NCBI GenBank assembly: GCA_001460835.1 | Contig: CYKH01000631.1 | Span: 1 to 43,266 of the forward strand | Length of the DNA: 43,266 bases | Reading direction: 5' to 3' | Source of the DNA: Bodo saltans | Taxonomy: Eukaryota | Shown: positions 10,801-20,287 of the stretch, one piece after another | How the letters are laid out: the number at the start of each line of letters is the position of its first letter | Position numbering within the stretch: position 1 is the first letter of the stretch | Program-made: the position numbers and the translations under genes | Notes under the pieces: model-generated | Told to the model about the DNA's origin: nothing | Seen by the model: only the letters and a program-made list of their open reading frames with translations | Database searches by the model: none

Positions 10801-11917
10801 TGTGCTGTTGGAGCAGGTGCAGAATGCACTCCACGTGATGCCGATTCCTGACCGAGGCGTGCAGGATCACATTATCACCAAACTGCCAGAGAAGACGTGG
10901 AGAGAGCCACTTGCGAAGCTTTACGAAATTGTGTTCCACCCTGTTGCTGATTTCATTTCGGCGCATGACGCACAACAGAACCACCGCGGCGGCGTGATCA
11001 CCGTCATTCCCAGCAGCAGTGTGTGGATGGTGCCTTTCAATGGGCTGATTATGAGAAACGGTCAGTTCCTCGTGGAGACCTACTCCATCCAGCACGCCTT
11101 CTGCAGTGTCCAAGCTGCTTTTAGCACACTGTCCGCTAGACGAGCCAAGGATCGTGATCTTCGCAAGAAGGTTGTCTTCGCCCATCCCAGCGACGCGTCC
11201 CACTCGGAGATGCAACTGAACCGCATGACCAACGAGCACCACGTTCCGTTCCCTATCGACATCATCCGGTCCCACAAGGAGGCCCAGCGTGTGGTGGATG
11301 CACTGGCACCCCTGCAGCAGTCCACTCGTCAACGAAACGGTGTGCGCTCATCTGATCACAGCGCCGTGATGGTGAACTCAGAACACCAGGCAGCTGGAGG
11401 CAGTTCTGCCGATATTGAGCTCGTGGATGATGTTCACACCCTCCGTGAGCTGCTCCCAAAGATTCGAATTCTTCACATCGCTGCCACCAACGCAGCGAAG
11501 GTTGACAACGACGACGGCAGTGCGGGCGCATTGATCGTTCCTGCAAGCCAAGATGAGCTTGCCCTCCTGCGCACATCAGAGGTCAGCACCTACGAGATGA
11601 TGTCGGAACTGGTTGTCCTACCGCACACCAACATTGCCTCCGACAGGATTCGAACTACCCGTGAAGGCACGCTTAGTTTATGCCGTGCATTCCTATCAGC
11701 CGGTGCAGCCGCTGTGATCTTCTCAAGGTGGTGCACGCCCGATTTGCTTCCCATTGAAATCTTCGAGCCGTTCTACCAACTCCTCCAGCAAAAGAAAGAT
11801 GTGAACAAAGCAAAGGCGATGACCGCTGTGCTGCGCAAGCTCCTTACTGATGACAAGTTCCGCTACAACCCTCGACTTTGGTGCGGCTTTCTGATGGTTG
11901 GTGTTGGAAACTTGTAG
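7883..11917 (+). CDS. large LRR (RNI-like) + TPR-like + C-terminal CHAT-domain protein
   Basis: N-terminal 'IDLRGNGLDNAAIQGL...LYIGGNPIS' ribonuclease-inhibitor-type LRRs. Central TPR-like helices. The C-terminus matches the CHAT-domain end motif ('LSLCRAFLSAGAAAVIFSRWCTPD...FEPFYQLL'). The putative His/Cys dyad positions read 'HIAATN' and 'LVVLPHTN', so the Cys is absent. Confidence 0.55.
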   Translation: MATLDPSALEEYTNRNGTGGVDRRRTSNEKFIVLSQYKTFCAEAGCRANSAVVRFLESVPSDKPLTEIAFQNFYLGPKGFTPVLELIQVNQTIEVIDLRGNGLDNAAIQGLCGVLEKHLGVRSLYIGGNPISVDGGKYVMYLLEHNRRITAIDVSETNVYESMSTRMDMQVSANREAELSGVTLVPSKPSGVRNGSATPSTAHALVATARNSKPEITLLDKASLEETPRRGGQAGKASPQKRRLSPHKGAATSGNTMEDVANTQAGAPKPRPPPPALVSRETSRWTEKQRQDMLEKYQERSKMYHQVVRSDASRAADRAREELMKIEQGSVVDAQHAVKRADVARSRIDRVSPGPAGPSHEEAAPRPTITTPKVQHHTTRKSVYDSDHSSLDAPSAVRWSVSELPAHDEDYEDEEEVARVRRSTLINEAQRVDETLQDDDDDEGKAARLVLQPITLTRDEQFKELFTKGCQQYNDKQLDAAYLTWNEAMDLAVTNKNREWMSVISNNLQRLSYEILVAEGATHLDNLRLEDADKAFQLAMDVAHKAKNAQWEGEMHRARKNVQHAVFQRSHEAALRLFEKVQSTKEQRVTNDDRFTLPGDPPGKLREYSSEFVTEWTRMLLIKEALEMWADAMMMSRRVSGSSGKVLGEVVTAAVDSVCTYLARKYLVPEPNGNILSLQRTSHFSCHEGVKLIELWTDLVSKTQTALSNRTWDAIGASVLGNLYLATHQLPQALHQFDKIVDIGTDKQDALLLGLGNTYLGVLHWQRSSNAVAEKCFLSAMEYWRKLRSSFGVHRNVAEDHEGLGNVSTPTYDDQGALTNPSSAVTVVNGGREDVDATQAASSLSGSISVEYLNAMLGKCFTFLIRILFSTSRYRDALEMLERGLLHRYKDRLHDKMLRNFTAKPTMDHITAVAASLDSPLVYYETSYRFDWNVHVEAYDVSQQLMVWVVVKEGEMKVVRVDVTNDFGVASIDVLLEQVQNALHVMPIPDRGVQDHIITKLPEKTWREPLAKLYEIVFHPVADFISAHDAQQNHRGGVITVIPSSSVWMVPFNGLIMRNGQFLVETYSIQHAFCSVQAAFSTLSARRAKDRDLRKKVVFAHPSDASHSEMQLNRMTNEHHVPFPIDIIRSHKEAQRVVDALAPLQQSTRQRNGVRSSDHSAVMVNSEHQAAGGSSADIELVDDVHTLRELLPKIRILHIAATNAAKVDNDDGSAGALIVPASQDELALLRTSEVSTYEMMSELVVLPHTNIASDRIRTTREGTLSLCRAFLSAGAAAVIFSRWCTPDLLPIEIFEPFYQLLQQKKDVNKAKAMTAVLRKLLTDDKFRYNPRLWCGFLMVGVGNL

Positions 11918-12149
11918 AGGCACTGCAACTCAAACAGCTTGCTGACAAGAATATGTAGATTGTGAAATTTTATTCGTGTGATGTTCTTTTTTTCGACAAA
12001 ATCTCCTTCCCTCGCAATTGCACTCCTCCCTCCCCCGCCTTCACCTTGTGTATTGCCCCTCAACACTGAATAGCACTATGAATTGCGTTTCGATCTTTAA
12101 CTGTTCAGCTCCACTTTTTCCCTCTGCTCGTTGACTTCGTCAGAAAGTA

Positions 12150-14054
12150 ATGTCGAGTCTACCTGTCGTCTTTGTAGGCAGCGTATGCCTGTTAGTGGAG
12201 CATAACAACGGGCAAGAAATGGTGATGTCTGTTGTGTTGCGCCCAAAACGTTCACAGCAACGCTGTGACTTTGCGTCTTTAGATCACACCAACACAGATG
12301 TGACGGTCAGTGAAGGGGAGTACCGCCATAGTGTTGTTCTTGGGAGCCACTCACCTCGAACGCCGAACTTCGCACCAATAGTGATTTTTGCAGATCCGCA
12401 AATTCCTGTCCCTGAAGATGTCGATCCCAATTTTGTCCCTCGCACAGCGTCCGCTGCGTTAGAGGAAGCACGAAAAGAACTTCAGCAAGAAGACGCGACC
12501 ACGCAGCTAGGCTCGTCCCAGGCGCTGGCGACGACCGTTGCCGTGGCATCTGTGGCCGCTCCGTTCCAACTGCCGCTTTCCATCGAAGTGAGCTGTACCA
12601 CTTCGTCAAAAGCATCGTACTTTTCAACAATTGCTGCGCCTAGTTTAGATGCCTTGACGTTACATGATCTTTCATTAGTCCTCCACCGCCAAGACGACGC
12701 CGAAGCCGCGCCGATTCATTGTTGCCTTCGGCTGCTTGATCTTTCGTTCGCAGTCGTGCCCACGTTACTCGCGCCATGGTCTGACCCTAGCCCTGTAGAA
12801 GGCGGCGTTGCACAGATCAGCGACTATTTGCAAAAGTCCATCAAGAAAGTGCTTGCAGCTGGCACCAGAGTACCGTATGGCATCATGCCGCTGTACACCC
12901 TTTACGACCATGCCGTCTTCTTTGCACGGGCGCTGTGTGGCCCTTTGGCTGCGCACTGTCGAGCCATTCCAACATTGCGACGAATCTTTGGGCAAACCAC
13001 AAGCCTCAAGGGACCGTTGTGTTGCGTGGTCCCCCACCCCTCTCCTGTGGCGCACCGTTGGGAGCTACTGAAAGACTTAGACTGCACCACCGTGATCCTA
13101 GGGGATGCTGGGTTCGCCCCTTTAGCAGTTGTGCTCACCTGCTGCCGCGGACTTCGACGCCTCATCGTAAACCAAAATAATTTGTCGTTGCCGAGCGCCA
13201 AGCGGTTAGTGGTCGCAGTGCGAAGTGGACTTGGTGGACTACAGGAGTTGTACCTCAGCGGCAATCAATTCTTTGAACTTGGTGGCGAAGAACTCCTTCG
13301 ACTTCTTAAAGGCGACGCAGGGTGCCTTGGCTTACTTGATGTGGCCAACAATGGCTTTTCCGATCGTCTATTGAGCCGCTTTGATACTCTGTCAAGAGCA
13401 GTCAGCAATCAAATCGTGGAGGATCCTCTCAATGCGATGTCTAGCCGGTTTGATTACCTTGTCCACATGGATGCCCTTCCTCCGCAGTGCTGGGAACAAG
13501 TAGAACCACTGTGGCGGATGCTTACGGTAGCACCACCACTGCCTCCAGGCCTGTCGGGGTCCCCGTCACCAGGAATTCCCGTGGCGGCAGCGGCTCCGCT
13601 CCTCTCAGAGATTGTTCGCAGTGTATTTGTCGAGGTTGCAAAAGAGAGACAAGACCCAGCGATTAGAATTGTGTTCGGACCTATCGGTTCCTATGTTCAG
13701 GACAATCTGCAACCTGCAGACAGCGTCTTCTCCCCAGGCTCCTCCACGTCAATGAGTGCCGATACAATGTACCTGCAGAGCTACGTGAAGATGCTAGTGA
13801 CGACCCTTCGTGTGGCATTAGATGCACCGATGCACTGGGACGATGCCGTGCAAACGTTACGATGCATTGGCGCCCAGCATGATCGTAACGGTGTAGATGC
13901 GGCACTCTACTGCGCAGCCAATCGTTGCTTGTTGAAGGCCCTCGAGGCCCACATCCCGGACGATACACTTAGCCCAAACGTGAAGGCAGCGGTAATTCAA
14001 GTGTTAGCCCTCATGACACGCTCCACTGTGGGGGGCATGACGCAGATTGTGTAG
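12150..14054 (+). CDS. hypothetical protein with RNI-like leucine-rich repeats
   Basis: 634-aa ATG ORF. Central 'LRRLIVNQNNLSL...LQELYLSGNQF...LGLLDVANNGFSD' LRR pattern. Confidence 0.45.
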   Translation: MSSLPVVFVGSVCLLVEHNNGQEMVMSVVLRPKRSQQRCDFASLDHTNTDVTVSEGEYRHSVVLGSHSPRTPNFAPIVIFADPQIPVPEDVDPNFVPRTASAALEEARKELQQEDATTQLGSSQALATTVAVASVAAPFQLPLSIEVSCTTSSKASYFSTIAAPSLDALTLHDLSLVLHRQDDAEAAPIHCCLRLLDLSFAVVPTLLAPWSDPSPVEGGVAQISDYLQKSIKKVLAAGTRVPYGIMPLYTLYDHAVFFARALCGPLAAHCRAIPTLRRIFGQTTSLKGPLCCVVPHPSPVAHRWELLKDLDCTTVILGDAGFAPLAVVLTCCRGLRRLIVNQNNLSLPSAKRLVVAVRSGLGGLQELYLSGNQFFELGGEELLRLLKGDAGCLGLLDVANNGFSDRLLSRFDTLSRAVSNQIVEDPLNAMSSRFDYLVHMDALPPQCWEQVEPLWRMLTVAPPLPPGLSGSPSPGIPVAAAAPLLSEIVRSVFVEVAKERQDPAIRIVFGPIGSYVQDNLQPADSVFSPGSSTSMSADTMYLQSYVKMLVTTLRVALDAPMHWDDAVQTLRCIGAQHDRNGVDAALYCAANRCLLKALEAHIPDDTLSPNVKAAVIQVLALMTRSTVGGMTQIV

Positions 14055-14219
14055 AGTGCAGTCAAACGATACTGTGTAGATACCATGTTCGATTTGTGTG
14101 TCACGTACTCCTTTTAAGTTAACTATCCTTGAGAAGATCCAGAGTGGAACAATAATTGTTCACTGTTTTTTTGATTTTCTTGACGATGATTCACTCAGTC
14201 ACATTGTTACTCATGTAAG

Positions 14220-15641
14220 ATGAGAAGAGCGCTTTGCGAACGATTACAGTCGAGCACGTTGGCCACCACTCCTACCACCACCAGCAGCCTTGGCCTTGCG
14301 CAGCGATGCATTCGTTTGAAACACAACATTCGCGCTACACCTGGGCACGAATTTCCCAGTGCGAAAGGATTTGGTGGCCATTCTTGGTGGCCGTCGCTAC
14401 CAATGATGATAGCACTTGCTGCTGGTGGATTGCTGTACGATCTCTGGGCCTCTCAGAAGGAACATGTGTGGCGGTGGCTGCAAGAGTGGTGGTGCACACG
14501 GGTGGAGCTCAGATCCGCCCAGCATCGTGAGTTGTGCGACGCATTTCTGTTTTGGTGCTCGCGCCGCACTGATGTTTTTGGCAGCCAAAATTTGTGTGTT
14601 GGGCCACCACCGTCAGAGTTGGAGCCAGCAGCAGACAATCTGAAGGAGTCCCAAGTCGCGCTGGCCCCTGGCTTTGGAAGGCATGTTCTATCCGTTTCTG
14701 TGGGAGACGGGTCGATGTCATCTCGCCGAGTAGTGTTCACCAGAGACGTTGACGAATCCATGAAACACAAAGGAGGTTTTCACCGAGGAAGCAACGGACC
14801 AACAGCTGACGAAGTGATTACGCTGACTGCCACCGGCTCTGACGCACGAGAATTTCTTCTCCGTGTCCTTAACGACGCACATGAGGAATACCGTGCCAGC
14901 CTCCAAGGTCACGCAAAAGTGTTCAGTAACGATGGTGGCTACTGGGATCAGTTGTGCTGGCGACAGTACCGGAGGGAGGACACCATGCAACTCACAACTG
15001 CACAGACACGTATTCTGAATGAAGTGAAGCAGTTCTTTGCTTCACGGCAGTCGTACGCCGCTCTGGGAGTTCCGTGGAGGAGGGGCTACTTGCTAGAGGG
15101 ACCTCCTGGCACAGGTAAGAGTAGTTTTATCTCTGTGGCAGCAGGAGCGGTGCAGGCACCCATGTACATTTTGTCGCTCCGTGACCCTCAGCTGAATGAT
15201 GCAACGCTGCTGCGAGCGGTGAACTCCATTCCGTGCGGCAGCTTTCTTGTGTTGGAAGATGTGGACAGCATTGCCGTCTCCGCCACCAGCGAACAAAGCC
15301 ATGCGCCAAGCACGATCTCCCTCAGTGGCCTGCTCAACGCAATCGATGGCATCGCGGCGTCAGAGGGAAGGCTTCTGATCATGACAGCCAATCGACCAGA
15401 GGTGTTGCCACCCGCTCTACTCAGGCCTGGTAGGATCGATCAAGTCATTCATTTTGACCAGCTCAGCTCTGTGGATGCTCGCACAATGACCCAGCGGCTC
15501 TACGCGTCGCAACTGCAGTCTGGAGGCAATCCCCAGACGGCTCCTGTGCCTCCCGATTCGAAGGCGACTAAAACAGCAGCCGAACTTCAACATGAGGTGC
15601 TTCAACGGCTCGTTTACTTGCCAAAGGCCAACGCTTCTTGA
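14220..15641 (+). CDS. BCS1-like AAA+ ATPase (divergent paralogue)
   Basis: Walker A 'GPPGTGKSS'. Walker B 'FLVLEDVDS'. 'LSGLLNAIDGIAASEGRLLIMTANRPEVLPPALLRPGRID' matches the BCS1 family. One N-terminal TM helix. Confidence 0.7.
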   Translation: MRRALCERLQSSTLATTPTTTSSLGLAQRCIRLKHNIRATPGHEFPSAKGFGGHSWWPSLPMMIALAAGGLLYDLWASQKEHVWRWLQEWWCTRVELRSAQHRELCDAFLFWCSRRTDVFGSQNLCVGPPPSELEPAADNLKESQVALAPGFGRHVLSVSVGDGSMSSRRVVFTRDVDESMKHKGGFHRGSNGPTADEVITLTATGSDAREFLLRVLNDAHEEYRASLQGHAKVFSNDGGYWDQLCWRQYRREDTMQLTTAQTRILNEVKQFFASRQSYAALGVPWRRGYLLEGPPGTGKSSFISVAAGAVQAPMYILSLRDPQLNDATLLRAVNSIPCGSFLVLEDVDSIAVSATSEQSHAPSTISLSGLLNAIDGIAASEGRLLIMTANRPEVLPPALLRPGRIDQVIHFDQLSSVDARTMTQRLYASQLQSGGNPQTAPVPPDSKATKTAAELQHEVLQRLVYLPKANAS

Positions 15642-17058
15642 TTTTTTCACGATTTTTGTCGCGACATTATGTTTTGCTCATTTTACAGGTCTCATTCAAA
15701 TGTGAAACCACGGTTTTTCTAGTTCATAATTTTTACTGTTTAAGGAAACAAAAAACGATCACATGGCCGATAAACTTGACGTTGCACGGCTCAAGCCCAA
15801 TCAATTTATTCACCTGCTGAACAACAACAGCAATGCCACCACGATCCTCACCGGCCCACTGACCTACACGAGGCTCGATCACGAGTACTTCACGACGACT
15901 TCGCCTCAACAGTACGTCAGCGTCCCTCCGCAGAAGTACTGCATCGTGCTCAACCCCGTTGTGCGTGATGCTGCAGGCGCGCTTGTGTTGGATACGCTTG
16001 GCCAAGCGAAGGTCCGACTGGGTAGCCGCGAGATCCGCTTCCACCAGGAGCCCTTTCCGCTGTATCCCGGTGAAGTGTTGCTCCAGGATGTTACCAAACT
16101 GCAGACCATTTCCGCGACGCAGGCACTCAACGTCGTATGCGAAAGTGACTTCGATGACATCCAAGCAGACGGCACTGTCGTGAAGCGTAAGGCAGGCGAC
16201 GAGTGGGTCTTACAAGGCCCCCTGACCTACCGTCCTCGTGTAGAGCTGGAGATTCAGGCTGTGATTGATGCAACGATCATCAAGGCAGATCAAGCCCTCA
16301 AAATCCGAGCCCGCTGGAACTTCACTGACAAGCGCGTCGTTGGCAAGGACGTCCTCCGCAAGGCGGGTGAGGAGTGGCTGATCACCGACGCTGGCGCCTT
16401 CATTCCCACTGCCGATGAAGAAGTGCTTGAGAGCATCACTGCCCAAGTCCTCACTGACCGTGTTGCCCTTCACGTGGTGACGGAGGTGAATTTTACCGAT
16501 CGGTTCGGAAACCCTCGTGCTGCAGGGGATGCATGGCTGGTCACAAGCGCCCAGACGGAGCTCTTTATCCCCTCGCCCGAGGAGCGAGTCGTGTCGCGAG
16601 TGCCGTTGACTGTTGTGAGCAACCGCCAGTACGCCATCGTCGAGAACGTCACCGTTGCAGGCAAGAACGTGTTGGGTCGCCGTGAGCTCCGCACTGGTCA
16701 CTGCACCTTTTTCCTTAACCCTGGAGAGTCGCTCAGCGGGGGCGACGTCAAAGATCTCTACGTCCTGTGCGCGAATGAAGCCCTTCTGCTGCGGTCCATC
16801 ACCGCCTTCACCGACGCCGCGGGTGTCTCCCATGACGCTGGTGACCGTTGGTTGATCCGCGGCCCGCTGGAATTCGTCCCGGCATTGGATGTGGAAGTGT
16901 TGGAGAAGCGCAGTGCCATTCCACTTGACGTCAATGAAGGCGTGTACATCCGCAACGTGCGCACCGGTGAAGTCCGCGCACACATTGGCTCCACGGTGTT
17001 GCTGAATGAAGACGAGGAGCTCTGGAAGAAGGAGTTGGATCCCCTTGTGGAGGAACTG

Positions 17059-17506
17059 CTGCTGACGCCAAAGCTCACGAAGACCATCACAGGTACGTCT
17101 CGTGGCGCTCCCGCTGTGTCCCGCCGTGATAAGAATCGCGTTGTGACCTGCACAGTTCCTCACTTACGCGAGCACGTTCACAAGCTGATGTTTTGTGTCT
17201 TCTCAGCGTAGAAGTTTCCAGGGCTAAACCACTACGACTACGGCCTACTTCTTAAATGACAGCACTCGGAGAGTCCACCATACGGGTTTTCCGGGCTACG
17301 GGACTTCTCGGAGACGTACGTGGAACCGGGACTCTACATGCGAGACGAGCTCGTTATCGAGACCCTCGACCACGCCCGCCTGCAGTTAGCCGTGTCCTAC
17401 AATTGGGAATTCGACCCCTCTGTTGCGGTAGATCAAGGAAGGGCATTCAGCGTCCCTGACTTCGTTGGCGATGCCTGCAAAGCGATCGCCTCCCGCATCC
17501 GCGGGC
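17059..17506. repeat. aberrant ~448-bp tandem duplicate of MVP segment 17507..17952: flanks ~95% identical, central 170 bp base-complemented
   Basis: 17059..17163 matches 17507..17611 and 17334..17504 matches 17782..17952, each with a few mostly synonymous differences. 17164..17333 equals the complement, without reversal, of 17612..17781. Confidence 0.85.
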
Positions 17507-18702
17507 CTGCTGACGCCAAAGCTCACCAAGACGATTGCTGGTACGTCTCGTGGCGCTCCCGCTGTGTCCCGCCGTGATAAGAATCGCGTTGTGACCTGCA
17601 CAGTTCCTCACAATGCGCTCGTGCAAGTGTTCGACTACAAAACACAGAAGAGTCGCATCTTCAAAGGTCCCGATTTGGTGATGCTGATGCCGGATGAAGA
17701 ATTTACTGTCGTGAGCCTCTCAGGTGGTATGCCCAAAAGGCCCGATGCCCTGAAGAGCCTCTGCATGCACCTTGGCCCTGACTACATGCGAGACGAGCTC
17801 GTCATCGAGACGCTCGACCACGCCCGTCTGCAGTTGGCCGTGTCCTACAATTGGGAATTCGACCCCTCTGTTGCTGTAGAACAAGGAAGGGCATTCAGTG
17901 TCCCTGACTTCGTTGGCGATGCCTGCAAAGCGATCGCCTCCCGCATCCGCGGCTTTGTCTCTAGTGAAACGTTTGACTCTTTCCACCGCAACTCGTCCAA
18001 TATTATCAAGCTGGCCGTGTTTGGACAAAATAAGGAGACTGGCGCTCTGAATCCCACGATGCACTTTGCTGTGAATGGACTTGTGATTACCAACGTCGAT
18101 ATTCACAGCGTCGACCCCGTTGACCCCAAGACTCGTGATGCCCTGACAAAGAGCGTTCAGCTTGCGATTGAGATCACGACGAAGTCACAGGAAGCCGTCG
18201 CTATCCAGCAGGCCACCACACTCGAGCAAGAAGCGAAGGGTAAACTCGAGCGTCAGATCATCCACGCCAAGTCTGGATCAGAAATGGAGCGCCGCCAGCT
18301 GCTGAGCGTTGAGGCGGACAATGCCGCGATTGAGTCCACTGGTGCCAGCAAGGCTCAAGCCGCCGCAGTTGCCGAGGCGACCCTTATCGAGGGGCAGTCC
18401 GAAGTCGATCTGGCCGAAAAGAGATCGGCTGCTATGGACACCAACGTTGAGGCGGAGCTGCAGGTTGAGGCGGCAAAGCAGTCTGCAGAGTTGGACTTCC
18501 GCCAAGCGTTGTATGAATTGGAAGTCGCCAAGGCCCGTGAACTCTCTCGCATTGAAACCGACAAGTTCCGCAAGACGATCGCTGCGGTTGGCAAGGACAC
18601 CATCAAGGCGATCGCAAAGGCAGGCCCTGAGCTCCAAGCGAAGCTCCTCGCTGGCCTTGGCCTCCAGGGGTACCTTGTCACGGACGGCTCGAACCCCATC
18701 AA

Positions 18703-18716
18703 CCTGTTCCCTGTTC
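18703..18716. repeat. 7-bp direct tandem duplication (cctgttc x2) causing a +1 frameshift in the MVP C-terminus
   Basis: The sequence reads 'aacctgttc cctgttc aacacc'. Removal gives ...PINLFNTAKGMTAAATGGSA*, which is collinear with metazoan MVP. Confidence 0.7.
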
Positions 18717-18804
18717 AACACCGCGAAGGGCATGACCGCTGCTGCTACTGGTGGCTCAGCATAAAGAAAGGAAACGACACCAGCGTTGTTTGCTTTGCAA
18801 GGGA

Positions 18805-18910
18805 TCAATATCCAACACACGGGTGGGTTCAACACACGGGTGGGTTCAACACACGGGTGGGTTCAACACACGGGTTCAATATCCAACACGGGTGGGTTCA
18901 ATATCGCACG
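18805..18910. repeat. compound tandem repeat (17-bp unit 'caacacacgggtgggtt' x3 plus partial units, flanked by 'caatatcc') in the MVP 3' region
   Basis: Direct reading of 18813..18863 shows three perfect units, followed by degenerate units. Confidence 0.8.
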
Positions 18911-19108
18911 ATGAATCAAACAAGAAGAAGCGTTGAAAGAAAAGGAGAAAAAAAAAACCACAATCTCAAAACAACAACAAAAATTAGCAACGACATTCTT
19001 CAAGTTTCAAGATCGAATCAAAGTGGTGGTTGCCGTGATTAATTTTTTTTTCTTTCATGTTGCAAGAAATTGAGTTATATTCTTGTTGTTGTTGTAACGT
19101 TAGAGGTT

Positions 19109-20287
19109 ATGGACGAGGCACCACCTAAGGTCATGGCGGAGATGGTCATCGGCACGGATGACGTGTTGCCCGATGTGTCCCTTCCTCCGATTCAATACAC
19201 CCCGCCTACCGACGACGATGTGAGCATTATTCTCACAACCATTGCAGGGCTCCACTACAACGGAGGAAACGCCATTGAGGGGTACGACTTGGACGTCATC
19301 CACGCAGTGCGAGATCGGCTTGATCAACTGTACTACTGGGCAGTCGAGGAGAAGCACTTTCGTGATAGCAGCCCACCACTTGTCCTCGCTAATGAACGTC
19401 TCGTCGCGTTGCTGGTGAAATTAATTGAAACTAATCGGCCGAAGATCATCGTGTCGGTCTTTAGAGCACTCCGTGAACTGCTTCTGCACCCAGCCCGCGT
19501 ACCGAACTATTCCGACTTTTTACCGCTGCTGTGCAAGTCACTACAGCAGTTCCCTAACATGGAAGACTTAGTGGAGGAGGGTGTCGCTACGATTGCAGCG
19601 ATGGCAACGGTGAACCCCGAGGCGATTCTTGTCAGCGACGGTGTCAGTGCGGTGTTACAGGCGATGCAGAAGGCACCAAATCTGCTCCCGGTGCATAGAT
19701 TTGGCTGCCTGTTGTTCGCGGCATTGGTTGATGGGAAGCGTCCGGATCCTACGGAAGCACCAGCAGCGCTCCTACTCGTCCACATTGGCGTGGTGGTAGA
19801 TTTTATGTGCCGAGCCTACCAACGCCAAACGCAGGACACTGCAGTGTCTGCTGCTGTTGCTCACACACTCGCGGTGATGGCCTCTATTCCACAGAACCAT
19901 GAAGAACTTGTGTCGCATCGATTGGTCCTTTCCACCCTCCGTCACCTCGCAGAGCACCACCACTTCACCACACGAACCGTACAAGACGCCCTCACTGCTG
20001 TGTCTGAGCTTTGCGGCGAGCTCGATCGTCTGCAGCAGCGCACCATTGCACTGTCCATCAAGGAACTCATGATGCGCACGACTGAAACAGAAACGCTGGC
20101 GACATGCGTTGCTGTCGTCCTCAAGCTGTTGCGAAATGGAGGTGAAGAGATGCAGCACTTTGTAGTGGAGAATCAAGTGCCCCAGGTTATCGCGATTGCA
20201 TTGGACCATTTTGGCGAAGACGACGACGTACTTCGCGACATCTGCATGACGGCCTTGCGAGAGATGGTCATCTCGAAGCTGCGCTGA
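19109..20287 (+). CDS. hypothetical armadillo/HEAT-like helical-repeat protein
   Basis: Track ORF starts at TTG 19070. First ATG is at 19109 (MDEAPPK...). All-helical repeat character, no catalytic motifs. Confidence 0.45.
   Translation: MDEAPPKVMAEMVIGTDDVLPDVSLPPIQYTPPTDDDVSIILTTIAGLHYNGGNAIEGYDLDVIHAVRDRLDQLYYWAVEEKHFRDSSPPLVLANERLVALLVKLIETNRPKIIVSVFRALRELLLHPARVPNYSDFLPLLCKSLQQFPNMEDLVEEGVATIAAMATVNPEAILVSDGVSAVLQAMQKAPNLLPVHRFGCLLFAALVDGKRPDPTEAPAALLLVHIGVVVDFMCRAYQRQTQDTAVSAAVAHTLAVMASIPQNHEELVSHRLVLSTLRHLAEHHHFTTRTVQDALTAVSELCGELDRLQQRTIALSIKELMMRTTETETLATCVAVVLKLLRNGGEEMQHFVVENQVPQVIAIALDHFGEDDDVLRDICMTALREMVISKLR

Larger units (their letters stand above)
15763..18766 (+). pseudogene. 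MVP: major vault protein (MVP) gene, interrupted by a 448-bp aberrant internal duplicate block and by a 7-bp tandem duplication near the 3' end
   Basis: MVP repeat domains, shoulder and cap-helix are recognisable, e.g. 'LSVPDFVGDACKAIASRIRG' and 'INLFNTA' as in metazoan MVP. ORF 15763..17211 terminates inside the complemented block. Excising 17164..17611 and 18710..18716 restores one ~849-aa ORF ending at TAA 18764..18766. Confidence 0.8.

Noticed and set aside
16210-17163. 317-aa minus-strand ORF (also 20453..21451, 24954..25658, 10661..11332 and other long antisense ORFs)
   Set aside because: All lie antisense to well-supported + strand genes (MVP, GCDH, hexokinase, the CHAT protein). Their Arg/Pro/Ala/Gly-rich composition is what GC3-rich coding sequence gives on the opposite strand. 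No domain signatures.
15763-19042. Interpretation as two separate MVP paralogue genes (15763..17211 and 17465..19042)
   Set aside because: The second ORF begins in a wrong frame inside the duplicated block. The two ORFs encode consecutive, non-overlapping parts of one MVP (N-terminal repeats vs shoulder/cap helix). The junction is explained by the 448-bp aberrant block.
18717-19042. Long C-terminal extension of the second MVP ORF ('...HREGHDRCCYWWLSIKKGND...GGCRD')
   Set aside because: It results from the 7-bp duplication frameshift. It reads through a minisatellite and an A-run and has no similarity to MVP. The shifted frame gives a conserved MVP C-terminus and stop at 18764.
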